The notes under the pieces are model-generated. The model was not told where the DNA came from, did not search any database, and was given only the letters and a program-made list of their open reading frames with translations. From Oscillospiraceae bacterium (GTDB lineage Bacteria; Bacillota; Clostridia; Oscillospirales; CAG-382): a DNA stretch of 64,000 nucleotides. The position numbers and the translations under genes were made by a program. The stretch covers positions 19,996 to 83,995 of the forward strand of contig SVRW01000003.1 of NCBI GenBank assembly GCA_015064625.1, written 5' to 3'. How positions within the stretch are numbered: the stretch's first letter is position 1; every line of letters begins with the position of its first letter. Positions 48,562-58,820 of this stretch are shown here, one piece after another.

Positions 48562-48626
48562 GAAACAATTTTTAAAAAACAAAAGACGCACCTTTTTTAG
48601 TGCGCCTTTTTGCGTTCCTACGTTTT

Positions 48627-49265
48627 TTATTTGTTATCAGCTTTGGAAAAAAGAGTTTTTTTGCCAATATTGATTATAGTTTTTATAGCGGGGGAAACTA
48701 CTATGTTTAAAATAAATTCTGCTATGAAGTTGAAGCCTGCGCATACTATAACGAGGTAATAGATAAGCGTTGTTCCGTTAACGAAATTGGAGTTCAAGGT
48801 TTCGTTTACCATGAAAAGACCGCCGAGGATAAAAACACCCGTGTTGACTATTGGAGCAACGGCAGATGCCGCAAATACGGCTACAAGGTCGTTGAATTTG
48901 GAAAGCAGCTTGTAAACCAATCCCGAACAAAGTCCTGCCAGCGCACCTTTGCCAATGCAGAGAATTGCTGTTTCAACAGGCTGATTCTGCCATAAGGTTG
49001 CGGTGAACACCTCTGTACCGTTGATTCCCGATGCAAGAACAACGATTCCGAAAACTGCTCCGAGAACCGCTCCTGAAATAGGACCTAATAGAATAGAGCC
49101 TATAACTATCGGTATAAGAACAAGGCTCACGCTTGTAGTAGGGCTGATTTTAATAAAAGTGCCCATGATTTGGAAAATGATGACGATGGAAATAAGACAA
49201 GCCATTAAAACCATTTTTAAAATAACGGCTTTGTTTTCATTTCTTCGTCTGCTTGTGTTTTGCAT
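48627..49265 (-). CDS. ECF transporter S component, probably pantothenate-type
   Basis: multi-TM, LIPIVIG..LLGP..GA; downstream of coaX; ATG after AGGAGG. Confidence 0.75.
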   Translation of the reverse strand: MQNTSRRRNENKAVILKMVLMACLISIVIIFQIMGTFIKISPTTSVSLVLIPIVIGSILLGPISGAVLGAVFGIVVLASGINGTEVFTATLWQNQPVETAILCIGKGALAGLCSGLVYKLLSKFNDLVAVFAASAVAPIVNTGVFILGGLFMVNETLNSNFVNGTTLIYYLVIVCAGFNFIAEFILNIVVSPAIKTIINIGKKTLFSKADNK

Positions 49266-49345
49266 AAATGCCTCCTTGCTGTCGCCCGACTTTGCGGTGC
49301 AACGCATAAAATTTATATTATCTGCTATGCAGTAATACACAAATA

Positions 49346-50119
49346 TCAATGAAGTATTCTGTTTTTTTGATAAAGGATATTGAGTCCTTTAAGGACGAGA
49401 TAGTCGTCCGTTTTTATTTCGTGCTTACAATGAGGAACTATAACGGAAGCGAATCCACCTGTGGCGTAAACTGAAAGCTTTTCTCCGTATTCCTCGTTTA
49501 TTCTTTCAATCATTCCGTCTATCACACTTGCGTTTCCAAAGATGACTCCTGAACGCATACAGTCAGACGTGTTTTTTGCAATAACGGATTGGGGAACATC
49601 AAGGCTTATCTTCGGAAGCTGTGCTGTTTTTTCAGCCAGAGCGTTCATTCCCATCATTACACCTGGAATAATAGAAGTGCCAATAAACGCTCCTTTGTTG
49701 TTTACAACCGTCATTTTGGTTGCCGTTCCTAAATCTATAACCAAAGCAGGACTTCCGTATATATAATGAGCGGCAACAGATGCGGCAATAAGGTCAGCCC
49801 CGACGGATGATGGCGTGTCACATTGTATTCCGATTCCGCTTTTGATTCCTGGACCTACAAATATCGGTTCTGTATCGAAAAGAAACTTTATCGCTTTTTT
49901 TATAACCGAATTAAGAGGGGGGACAACGGAAGAAACTATAACGCCTTTAATCTGACTCTTCTCTGCACCATGTAAGGCGAGATGCTGGGATATGCAAATG
50001 GCATATTCATCTTCGGTTTTTGAAAAGTCTGTGGAAAAGGTTGATACGAAAGAAAGCTTGTCCTCTTTGAATCCGCCAATGTCAATGTTAGTATTTCCGA
50101 TATCCAATGCGAGAATCAT
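49346..50119 (-). CDS. coaX: type III pantothenate kinase
   Basis: DIGNT, SSVVP, GAD, DLGTA and ATGG. Confidence 0.95.
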   Translation of the reverse strand: MILALDIGNTNIDIGGFKEDKLSFVSTFSTDFSKTEDEYAICISQHLALHGAEKSQIKGVIVSSVVPPLNSVIKKAIKFLFDTEPIFVGPGIKSGIGIQCDTPSSVGADLIAASVAAHYIYGSPALVIDLGTATKMTVVNNKGAFIGTSIIPGVMMGMNALAEKTAQLPKISLDVPQSVIAKNTSDCMRSGVIFGNASVIDGMIERINEEYGEKLSVYATGGFASVIVPHCKHEIKTDDYLVLKGLNILYQKNRILH

Positions 50120-50359
50120 TAAATCACCACCTTACACAAGAAATTTTATCAGATAATTGTTAAAAAGTCAAGTTGAAAAGTTGCATAATTGTGGAAACAT
50201 TATCATCAAAAATGCAAAAAATCAGTTTGATAATTCACTTTCGCAGCAAAATTATTGACATGATAAATAAATCATGTTAAAATGAAAATGATTGAAAAGA
50301 TCTTTAAAATATGTGAGGATTAAAAATGTGTCATTGGCTGGATTTGTTTTGGAATTGGA

Positions 50360-50512
50360 GCGGTTCATTCTCAATTTAACGCAAGATGGCAGATGGTTGA
50401 ATTGCTTACTATGCGAAAGCCGATAGAATTTAGAAAATATTTAATAAATCTTTCTATGGATGAACATCCATATGTGAGAAAAAGAGCTTTGAATTATATT
50501 GAAGAATTTTGA
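50360..50512 (+). pseudogene. 5'-truncated HEAT-repeat-like gene remnant
   Basis: frame reads ARWQMVELL...DEHPYVRKRAL; in-frame stop upstream and no convincing start. Confidence 0.35.
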
Positions 50513-50673
50513 CATTTCCTGATTGATAACAGTTCTCGGAAATTTTTCAAAAGAATTTTATATGTTTTTCGAGAATGATTACGTTAATAAATATCTGTTG
50601 GGAGATTTTGAAAATAACAGTTGAAGAATGGACTGTAACATCTTTGTGTATGCTTTGAAGATTAGGTGAAGCT

Positions 50674-51210
50674 ATGAATGAAAAGTGTTTGTTGGAAATA
50701 AAAAATGAATGTTTGTTTTCTATTAAACTGTGTGTTGATAATACTTATTTTATAATTCCATCAGATAGCAAAATGAATATAAGCGTTTATCAAAATTGTA
50801 TTGTGAAAATCCAACCGATAAATGTTTTTGATGATGGAAAGTCTGCTGTAGATAAAATGATTGAAAGTATTGCAAAATCATCCGTTTTGATTACAGAAGT
50901 TGAAACTTTATTGAAAGTAGTTTCAAAAAATGCATCGGTAATTATCAAAAATGACATTTTTCAGTTGGATGAGGTATTGGGATATTTATATTTTATATTT
51001 AAAACCTATAATTGTGGTATTACGATAAAAAAATGTAAAGGAATCAATGAAAAGAAAGTTTTAAAATTCCAAAGAATTTGTGCATTTGGCGATTCAATGG
51101 ATTTCCCGCCTTTTTCGATTGTCCAATCTATTATAAAATACAGAAAAATGAAAAAAATGTGTAATTCTCAAAATATACTCCAGTTTTATAATATGATAAA
51201 AACTGATTAG
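50674..51210 (+). CDS. AT-rich hypothetical protein
   Basis: 178-aa ORF with RBS AGGTG. Confidence 0.6.
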   Translation: MNEKCLLEIKNECLFSIKLCVDNTYFIIPSDSKMNISVYQNCIVKIQPINVFDDGKSAVDKMIESIAKSSVLITEVETLLKVVSKNASVIIKNDIFQLDEVLGYLYFIFKTYNCGITIKKCKGINEKKVLKFQRICAFGDSMDFPPFSIVQSIIKYRKMKKMCNSQNILQFYNMIKTD

Positions 51211-51351
51211 AGACGATTAGAAATGTCTGTCCCGTGCCACGTGTCGTAATAAGAAATAAATTTTTATTTATATTCAAAAAATTCAAAAATAATTTCAAAA
51301 TAAAGTTGCAAAAACTCTTTACAAATGGAAAAAAGTGTGTTACAATACGTT

Positions 51352-51422
51352 TTGGATTCGGGTAAGCTCGGTTTTGGGAGTAACTTTTATGTTTCACCGA
51401 CCCAATGCTGTGCTATCGCCGA
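51352..51422 (+). promoter_or_regulatory. probable rpsO (S15) autoregulatory leader
   Basis: structured 5'UTR between a TTTACA-N17-TACAAT promoter and the rpsO RBS. Confidence 0.55.
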
Positions 51423-51445
51423 AAATAATATGGAGGTGAAGCAAA

Positions 51446-51712
51446 ATGATCACAAAGGAAGAAAAGCAGGCATTAATCAACGAGTATGCTATTTGCGAAG
51501 GCGACACAGGTTCTCCTGAAGTTCAAATCGCAATTCTTACTTTCAGAATTAACAGCCTCAACGAGCATCTTAAGGCTAATCCTAAGGATAACCATTCTCG
51601 TCGCGGTCTTCTTCAGATGGTAGGTAAGAGAAAGAAATTCCTCAACTACCTCGTTTCTAAGGATATCAACCGCTACCGTTCTATCATTGCTCGATTGGGC
51701 ATCAGAAAGTAA
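51446..51712 (+). CDS. rpsO: 30S ribosomal protein S15
   Basis: [18 protein letters not shown] and LGIRK. Confidence 0.98.
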   Translation: MITKEEKQALINEYAICEGDTGSPEVQIAILTFRINSLNEHLKANPKDNHSRRGLLQMVGKRKKFLNYLVSKDINRYRSIIARLGIRK

Positions 51713-51885
51713 GCGGTAAAAAGAGTAAGTATGCTTTGCGGTGGGCGGCGTGGCAAATATTTCCTTTTGCTGCTCCGCCCTCGTTTCTTAACCTTGAAAA
51801 AGGCTTCACAATTTGATTTGTACCCCAAAATCTATAAATAAAATGACTGCTTGCCGTTGGAGTAAGCAGGGAAAAGGAAGACAAA

Positions 51886-53985
51886 ATGTTCGAAAATTTC
51901 AAAGTGTTCAAAACCACTTATGCAGGCAGACCTTTAGTTGTTGAAACGGGCAAAATTGCTCAGCTTGCAAATGGCTCATGCTTGGTAAGATACGGTGAAA
52001 CTGCTGTTCTTGCAACTGCAACCGCATCTGCCGCTCCCAGAGACGGAATTGACTTCTTGCCCCTTTCCGTTGACTATGAAGAAAAGCTTTACTCCGTAGG
52101 TAGAATCCCAGGCAGCTGGAACAGACGTGAAGGCAGACCTCCTGAGAGTGCTATTCTTACTTCCCGCGTTATCGACCGTCCTATCAGACCCTTGTTCCCC
52201 AAGGATTTGAGAAATGACGTTGTTCTCAGCATAACAGTTATGTCTGTTGATCCCGATTGCTCTCCCGAAATTACGGGTATGATCGGTGCATCTATAGCCC
52301 TTTCTATTTCCGACATTCCTTGGAATGGACCTATCGGCGGTGCTTTTATGGGTCTTGTTGACGGCGAAATCGTTGTTAACCCCACAGCTGAACAGAGAGC
52401 AAAGAGTGACCTTCAGCTTACTGTTGCTGCAAGTGAAAAGAAAGTTGTTATGATTGAAGCAGGTGCAAACGAAGTTCCCGATGATTTGATGTTCGAAGCC
52501 ATTATGAAGGCTCACGAAGAAATCAAACCTGTAATCAACTTTATAAACGAAATCGTTGCAGAAATCGGCAAACCTAAATTCGAATATCCTTCTTGCGAAG
52601 TTGACCACGATATGTTCGAAAAAATTGCGGCTATGGCAGAAGCAGACGTTATGGAAGCTCTCTATACAGACGATAAAACTGTTCGTGATGCTAAACTTCA
52701 GCCAATATATGAAAGAGTTAACGAAGCTCTTGCAGAGGAATATCCTGATTCTCAGGTAATGATCAACGAATGTATGTACAAGCTTCAGAAGAAGATTGTT
52801 CGTCGTTGGCTTCTTACAGAGAAAAAGAGAGTTGACGGAAGATCTATGGATCAGATCCGTCCCCTTGCTTCCGAAGTTTCTCTCCTTCCCAGAACACATG
52901 GTTCAGGACTTTTCACCAGAGGTCAGACTCAGGTTCTCTCTATTGCAACTCTTGCTCCTATGAGCGAAGTTCAGATTCTTGACGGTATCGGTGATGAAAC
53001 CGAAAAGAGATATATGCATCATTACAACATGCCTGGTTATTCCGTAGGCGAAGCAAAAGCCGCAAGAACCCCAGGCAGACGTGAAATCGGTCACGGTGCA
53101 TTGGCAGAACGTTCTCTCGTTCCCGTTCTTCCTTCCGTTGAAGAATTCCCATATGCAATCCGTGTAGTTTCTGAAATCGTTTCATCAAACGGTTCAACCT
53201 CACAGGGTTCTGTTTGTGCTTCCACATTGGCTCTTATGGATGCAGGTGTTCCCATCAAAGCTCCTGTTGCAGGTATCTCCTGCGGTCTTATCACAGAAGG
53301 TGAAAACTGGATGACAATGATTGACATTCAGGGACTCGAAGATTTCTTTGGTGATATGGACTTTAAGGTTGCAGGTACTAAAAACGGTATCACATCCATT
53401 CAGATGGACCTTAAGATTGACGGTCTTACTCCCGAAATCATCAAGAGTGCATTCGAAACAACAAAGAAGGGCAGATTCCACATTATTGATAACGTTATCC
53501 TTCCTTGCATTAACGCACCTCGTGAAGACGTATCCAAATACGCTCCCAAGATGATTTCCACAAAGATCGACGTTGAAAAGATAAGCGAAGTTATCGGTAA
53601 GGGCGGTAAGGTTATCCAGAAGATTTGTGCTGATACAGGCGCAAAAATTGACATTCAGGACGATGGTTCAATCTTCATCTCCGCTGTTGATAAGGATGCG
53701 GCGTACAAGGCTCTTAACATTATTAACGCTATTGTTCTCGTTCCAGAACCAGGTCAGATTTTTGAAGGTGTTGTAACAAAAATTATGACTTTTGGTGCAT
53801 TTGTTGAATTTGCTCCTGGTAAGGAAGGCTTGGTTCATATCTCCAAGCTTGACAGAAAACGCGTTGAAAAGGTTGAGGACGTTTGCAACGTTGGCGATAC
53901 AATCAAGGTTATGTTCCTTGAAATCGACGATAAGGGCAGATATAACCTTTCTCGTAAAGACGCTCTCACAAAGAATGACCAGTAA
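51886..53985 (+). CDS. pnp: polyribonucleotide nucleotidyltransferase
   Basis: IDRPIRPLFP, RGQTQ, RREIGHG and DMDFK; KH and S1 domains. Confidence 0.98.
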   Translation: MFENFKVFKTTYAGRPLVVETGKIAQLANGSCLVRYGETAVLATATASAAPRDGIDFLPLSVDYEEKLYSVGRIPGSWNRREGRPPESAILTSRVIDRPIRPLFPKDLRNDVVLSITVMSVDPDCSPEITGMIGASIALSISDIPWNGPIGGAFMGLVDGEIVVNPTAEQRAKSDLQLTVAASEKKVVMIEAGANEVPDDLMFEAIMKAHEEIKPVINFINEIVAEIGKPKFEYPSCEVDHDMFEKIAAMAEADVMEALYTDDKTVRDAKLQPIYERVNEALAEEYPDSQVMINECMYKLQKKIVRRWLLTEKKRVDGRSMDQIRPLASEVSLLPRTHGSGLFTRGQTQVLSIATLAPMSEVQILDGIGDETEKRYMHHYNMPGYSVGEAKAARTPGRREIGHGALAERSLVPVLPSVEEFPYAIRVVSEIVSSNGSTSQGSVCASTLALMDAGVPIKAPVAGISCGLITEGENWMTMIDIQGLEDFFGDMDFKVAGTKNGITSIQMDLKIDGLTPEIIKSAFETTKKGRFHIIDNVILPCINAPREDVSKYAPKMISTKIDVEKISEVIGKGGKVIQKICADTGAKIDIQDDGSIFISAVDKDAAYKALNIINAIVLVPEPGQIFEGVVTKIMTFGAFVEFAPGKEGLVHISKLDRKRVEKVEDVCNVGDTIKVMFLEIDDKGRYNLSRKDALTKNDQ

Positions 53986-53995
53986 TTTAAAAAAT

Positions 53996-54030
53996 ATTCC
54001 TCTCTTGTTTTTCTGCAAGAGAGGAATTTT
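53996..54030. terminator. hairpin between convergent genes
   Basis: ATTCCTCTCTTG...CAAGAGAGGAAT. Confidence 0.75.
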
Positions 54031-54066
54031 AACTTAATCTGATTTTTATTCAAATGAAAATTTCTT

Positions 54067-55665
54067 TTAATCGACTTTCTTATACAAATAATAAGTGAAA
54101 TGTTTTTTCTCAAATTTGAAATCCGCAGTGGATACGATTTTATACCTTGAAGAAATTTCTTCGGGAAGCTTTTCGTCTCGTGTAACTACAAAATCTACAA
54201 GACCGTTTTCAACGTAGTGATTTTGCGTTTTTTCAATTTCATCGTAAGGAATATTAAGTCCGCAGAAATATTTACAGTTTGGTACTATGTTACTTACCGT
54301 GTAAAAACCACCGTCTAAAAAACCGTAATTCAAAAGCGTTGGATTTTCCGTTTGGGATATTGTTTCATTGAAAATAAATTGGGGCATTTCCTCTTTTGAG
54401 TATTTCAACAGAGGCGTGTTGAGGCTTGTTAAAAAAGAAAGGGTAATGCAAACAGCAAAAAGGGAAAATGTTAATATAGTTTTTGAACACTTTCGCTGTT
54501 TCAAACGATTAGTAAGTCTTTTTAGTTTTTTGTATGCGAAAACCGCGCCTAAAGGGATAAATACCGACAGTATAAAGGAATAGTAAGCAAATTTTCTTCC
54601 GCCTGCATATACGAATAAAAAAGTTGATACAGCCGTCAATAAGAAAAAATAGAAAATGCGTCTTTCTTTCTTGAAAAGATATATAGAGCCACATATTATA
54701 AGGGCGAAAATGGCGGGAAAATTCTTTAATACGCTGACAAGCCCGATACCCAGATTTGTTCCAATGCTTGTATCTTTTGGGTAGAGGAACATGTTTCCGT
54801 AGAAATAAACGGAGAAAAGGTCGGAGGCTGCCCCTGTAAAGATAAAATACAATAATACGGGAATTGATAAAATAACCATTCCGCAGATGAATAAAACCAT
54901 TGAAATGAAGAAATGTTTTAATTCTTTTTTCTTTATGGCGTTGCAGAAGAAAAACAGCAAAAATCCTATGAAAAAGCCAAGAAACGTATATTTTGTCCAT
55001 AAAACCACAGAAGCGGAAACACCAATAATCATCCATTGAATGAAGGAAATTCTTTTATTAGAAATCAACGATTTTAGTCCTATGTATAAAACCAATGCAA
55101 TAATTGGTAGTGAAAATTCTTCAGCTGAGCCACCGTGGGAAAAAGCGGGGGCGCAGTAAATAATCGTAGATAATACAGGAAGTGCAAAAATAACCTTCTT
55201 TGAGCAGAATAAAAGCATTGTTTTGTAGCAAATAAGCAAAAATGCAAAAGAAGAAGCAATTTCTAAAAGATAAACTCCGAAAAACGTTGTGGGGGATATT
55301 TTGTAGGCAACAGCATAGAGAAAATAAAGCAAAGGACCTTTTTGCTCAAAAATATCAAGATAAAGAGTTTTTCCGTTAGCTATGGATTTTCCTACGGTGA
55401 AGAAACAGTTTGCATCAACCCAATCGTTGAATGGATATAGAGGAGATGACTTTGAGCAAATCGTAATGAATATAAAAGCAGTAATTAAAATAAAAAGGCG
55501 GCTTTGAAGTAAATTTAATTTAGCCCACGCGTATAAAAGCAAAACTGCACCAAAAAACGCAAAAGCAAAGGCTATTGCGTCTGGCGCAGTAAATATAAAT
55601 GATAAAATAGAAAATGCGAAAGATAAAATAGAAAAAACGCAAAGTGTTTTAGCGTTGGGCTTCAT
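54067..55665 (-). CDS. polytopic GT-C-type (GT39-like) glycosyltransferase
   Basis: SPLY..NDWVD, EQKGPLLY and EEF; many TMs. Confidence 0.65.
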   Translation of the reverse strand: MKPNAKTLCVFSILSFAFSILSFIFTAPDAIAFAFAFFGAVLLLYAWAKLNLLQSRLFILITAFIFITICSKSSPLYPFNDWVDANCFFTVGKSIANGKTLYLDIFEQKGPLLYFLYAVAYKISPTTFFGVYLLEIASSFAFLLICYKTMLLFCSKKVIFALPVLSTIIYCAPAFSHGGSAEEFSLPIIALVLYIGLKSLISNKRISFIQWMIIGVSASVVLWTKYTFLGFFIGFLLFFFCNAIKKKELKHFFISMVLFICGMVILSIPVLLYFIFTGAASDLFSVYFYGNMFLYPKDTSIGTNLGIGLVSVLKNFPAIFALIICGSIYLFKKERRIFYFFLLTAVSTFLFVYAGGRKFAYYSFILSVFIPLGAVFAYKKLKRLTNRLKQRKCSKTILTFSLFAVCITLSFLTSLNTPLLKYSKEEMPQFIFNETISQTENPTLLNYGFLDGGFYTVSNIVPNCKYFCGLNIPYDEIEKTQNHYVENGLVDFVVTRDEKLPEEISSRYKIVSTADFKFEKKHFTYYLYKKVD

Positions 55666-55718
55666 TGTGAATTCTCTTTCTTTAGCAAAAACGTTATGTG
55701 TTCGACTGTCTTTTACTA

Positions 55719-56465
55719 TTAGTCTCTTCTTTTCCCAAAAATACTTAACACGTAAAATAAGAATCTGAGGAAATAAACCAATGACGTGAGGAGGGAAGCG
55801 AGGTAAGTCAATGCGGCGGCAGAAAGAACCTTTTCAGCACCTTCCATCTCATCGGAGGCGAGTATACCTTGCGATACAAGCATCTGCTTCGCTCTGCGGC
55901 TTGCGTTCAGCTCAACAGGGTATGTGACAAGTGTGAAAAGAAAAGACATACCGTAGAGAATTACACCGAGCATCGCAACGTAGAATCCTAAATCACTGTT
56001 TGCTGTGGATGAAACGAACAAGTCAAGAATAAGTCCAAGCATAACAAGGGGCATAGCTAAAAATGAACCTATATTCGCAACAGGGACAATAGCTGTTCTT
56101 AACTTATAAAATGCATATCCGTCCTTGTTTTGCATAACGTGTCCTATTTCGTGAGCGGCGACGGCAACTGCGGCAACGGATGATGACGAATAGGTGCTAT
56201 CAGAAAGGTTGACAACAGCTTTGGTAGGGTGATAATGGTCTGTAAGCTCACCGCTTACTTTCCCAATCTGTACGTCGAAAACGCCACCGCTTCTCATAAG
56301 TCTGTATGCAGTATCGTACCCCGTAAGTCCTGAACGGTTGAAAATTTTTCCATATTTCTGATAAGTGCTTTTAACCTTCATGCTTGCATATAAAGAAAGT
56401 CCCATACATATAAGAAGTGGGATAATAAACGGAATATAACTACTATAATACGATAAATAATACAT
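55719..56465 (-). CDS. putative neutral zinc metallopeptidase (YugP family)
   Basis: LTDHY, AAHEIGH, VELNASRRA and AAALTY. Confidence 0.9.
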   Translation of the reverse strand: MYYLSYYSSYIPFIIPLLICMGLSLYASMKVKSTYQKYGKIFNRSGLTGYDTAYRLMRSGGVFDVQIGKVSGELTDHYHPTKAVVNLSDSTYSSSSVAAVAVAAHEIGHVMQNKDGYAFYKLRTAIVPVANIGSFLAMPLVMLGLILDLFVSSTANSDLGFYVAMLGVILYGMSFLFTLVTYPVELNASRRAKQMLVSQGILASDEMEGAEKVLSAAALTYLASLLTSLVYFLRFLFYVLSIFGKRRD

Positions 56466-56558
56466 AAAATTCTCCTTTTTTGTTTTTTTCATTATAGGCG
56501 GGTATTCTTAACTGTATATAAATTAAACGGCGCAGAAAGCACCGTTTAATACGAAATA

Positions 56559-57257
56559 TCAGTACACGTAGTATTCCCTGCCGTTATCAAGACAAATACA
56601 GCTGAGAGGTCCGCCTTCGGAAACACCTGTTTCAATTGCAATATGGTTGTTTCCTTTGTATATCTTATCCTGAAATGCAGGGTCTATCTGTTCAGTTGGT
56701 GTGTGTGCCGTTACCAAAAAGAATTTTTCATAATAAGTTTTAGAGTAATCAGCCGCTTCCGTGTAGAAAGCTTCAGGCTCGTATTCTTCAAGATCAAGGG
56801 AAGGGTCGAAATCAGCAATTCCTGCATGAGCAAGAATGAAAACGTTTCCGTTAACTTCTGAAATCTCATAAGGGGGAATATCCCCGAGATATTCAAGAAC
56901 ACCTTCTTTTTCTTCTGGAGTTAGCTTCATGAATTCTGAAATTGTTGCCATTCCACCAGATTTTGACCATTCAAGAATTTTCGCAAGAGTCTCTTTGTCA
57001 AAATCGGCAGGGTTTATTTGCCCTGCTTCTTCAGGAAGCTTGGAAAGAAGGTCAAGAGCCATTTTATCATGATTACCCATAACGGGATAAATATTTGGAC
57101 GGTAGCTCAGATTCTGAAGAAGCTTTATGGAATCCGCACCTTTGTCAACTATGTCACCTAAAATATAAAGGGTGTCAGAATCTTTGAATTTAATTTTAGT
57201 AAGCATATCGCAAAATTGATCCAACATTCCGTGGAGGTCGCCCATTACATACGTCAT
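56559..57257 (-). CDS. calcineurin-like Ser/Thr phosphatase family metallophosphoesterase
   Basis: GDLHG, GDIVDKG, GNHD and HAG. Confidence 0.88.
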   Translation of the reverse strand: MTYVMGDLHGMLDQFCDMLTKIKFKDSDTLYILGDIVDKGADSIKLLQNLSYRPNIYPVMGNHDKMALDLLSKLPEEAGQINPADFDKETLAKILEWSKSGGMATISEFMKLTPEEKEGVLEYLGDIPPYEISEVNGNVFILAHAGIADFDPSLDLEEYEPEAFYTEAADYSKTYYEKFFLVTAHTPTEQIDPAFQDKIYKGNNHIAIETGVSEGGPLSCICLDNGREYYVY

Positions 57258-57519
57258 ATTTATCTGCTCCTCTATATAAAAGATTTACGTATATTATTAT
57301 ACCACATTTTTCACGTAATGTAAATAGGAGATGTAAAAATATTTTATAATAAAAAAGTCAGTAAATGATAAGAAAATATATTCTTTTCGTAAGTTGTATT
57401 TTTGTTCTTAAAAAGTGTTATAAAAATTTAAATTGCGATGGAATATTTTAGAAAAAACGGTTGATTTTTTTGATATTTATGGTAATATAAAACTTTAGAG
57501 GTTTATATGGGAGAGTATT

Positions 57520-58248
57520 ATGCGAAAGATTGTTTTCACCGATATAGATGATACTATATATTTTGATTTTAAAATGAATAAAAGAAACGTTGAAGCCATC
57601 GAAAAGGCGAGAAATAACGGTCATCTTGTCTTTATAAACACAGGGCGTTCTTCTGGGATTATACAGGAAGATCTTATGAATGGACTTTTTGATGGTATAG
57701 TAGCATCCATCGGTGCAGAGGTCTACATTGGAGATAAAACCTTGAAAAAGGATATAATACCTTCGTCAGAGGTGAGGAAATTCACAGAGGAATTTCTGCA
57801 TGAAAACAGAACCTTTAACATGGAAGCGACAAAGGACAGTATTTTGAGATCCGTTAAAAATACGGATGAAAACGCTCCATTGCTTACGGAAATGCGTGGA
57901 ATCGAGTTTGCAAAGCTTTACGTAGAGGGAAAACCCTCTGAAGGACAAGTGAGACGAATCAGCGAGGCTTATCAGCTTTATATACATCCTTGGTATTTTG
58001 AATTCACAACAAAGGGCTGTACAAAAGCTACGGGAATGGAGGAGGTTCTTTCGTATTTCGGCATGGATAAAAAGGATTGTATAGCAATAGGTGATAGTAT
58101 AAACGACGTTGAAATGCTGAAAGCATCGGGAATTCCTGTATGCGTTGAAAACGCTGTGACGGCTGTGAAGGATATATGCGTTTATCAGACATGCCATGCA
58201 AGAGACGGAGCTCTCTTTGATTGTTTTTCTCATTTCGGGCTTATTTAG
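57520..58248 (+). CDS. Cof-type HAD-IIB hydrolase
   Basis: DIDDT, NTGR, K and GDSIND. Confidence 0.9.
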   Translation: MRKIVFTDIDDTIYFDFKMNKRNVEAIEKARNNGHLVFINTGRSSGIIQEDLMNGLFDGIVASIGAEVYIGDKTLKKDIIPSSEVRKFTEEFLHENRTFNMEATKDSILRSVKNTDENAPLLTEMRGIEFAKLYVEGKPSEGQVRRISEAYQLYIHPWYFEFTTKGCTKATGMEEVLSYFGMDKKDCIAIGDSINDVEMLKASGIPVCVENAVTAVKDICVYQTCHARDGALFDCFSHFGLI

Positions 58249-58293
58249 TTTAAATTGAATTGAAATATTTATGATAAATTAAAGGGGATAAAA

Positions 58294-58806
58294 ATGGATT
58301 TTATGAAACTTGCTTCGGAAAGATTTTCTGTAAGAGACTTTTCCGATAGACCGATAGAAAAAGAAAAGCTTGATATAATAAAAGAAGCCGCAAGGATTGC
58401 TCCAACGGCTAAAAATAATCAACCACAGGTTGTTTACGTGCTGAAAAGCGAAGAAGCTTTGAAAAAGGTGAGGGAAAACACAAGATGCGCTTTCAACGCT
58501 CCCGTAGTTTTTGCAATTTGCATTGATGAGGCTAAACAGTGGCGTCAGCCTTTTTCGGGTGAATTTTCAGGAAATATTGACGGTGCTATAGTTGCAACTC
58601 ATATGATGCTTGCGGCTGAGAGTGTGGGGCTTGGAAGCTGTTTCGTATGTTATTTTGACCCCTACAAATTCAAGGAAGCATTTGAGCTTCCCGAAGGAAT
58701 AACTCCTGTTGCTCTTTTGCCCGTTGGATATAAAAGCGATTTATGTCAGCCTGCGGAACGTCATTTTTTGAGAAACTCCATTGAGGATTTTGTGACAGAG
58801 TTATAA
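58294..58806 (+). CDS. nitroreductase family protein
   Basis: RFSVR, APTAKNNQP and GLGSC. Confidence 0.92.
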   Translation: MDFMKLASERFSVRDFSDRPIEKEKLDIIKEAARIAPTAKNNQPQVVYVLKSEEALKKVRENTRCAFNAPVVFAICIDEAKQWRQPFSGEFSGNIDGAIVATHMMLAAESVGLGSCFVCYFDPYKFKEAFELPEGITPVALLPVGYKSDLCQPAERHFLRNSIEDFVTEL

Positions 58807-58820
58807 AATTGAGGATTTTT

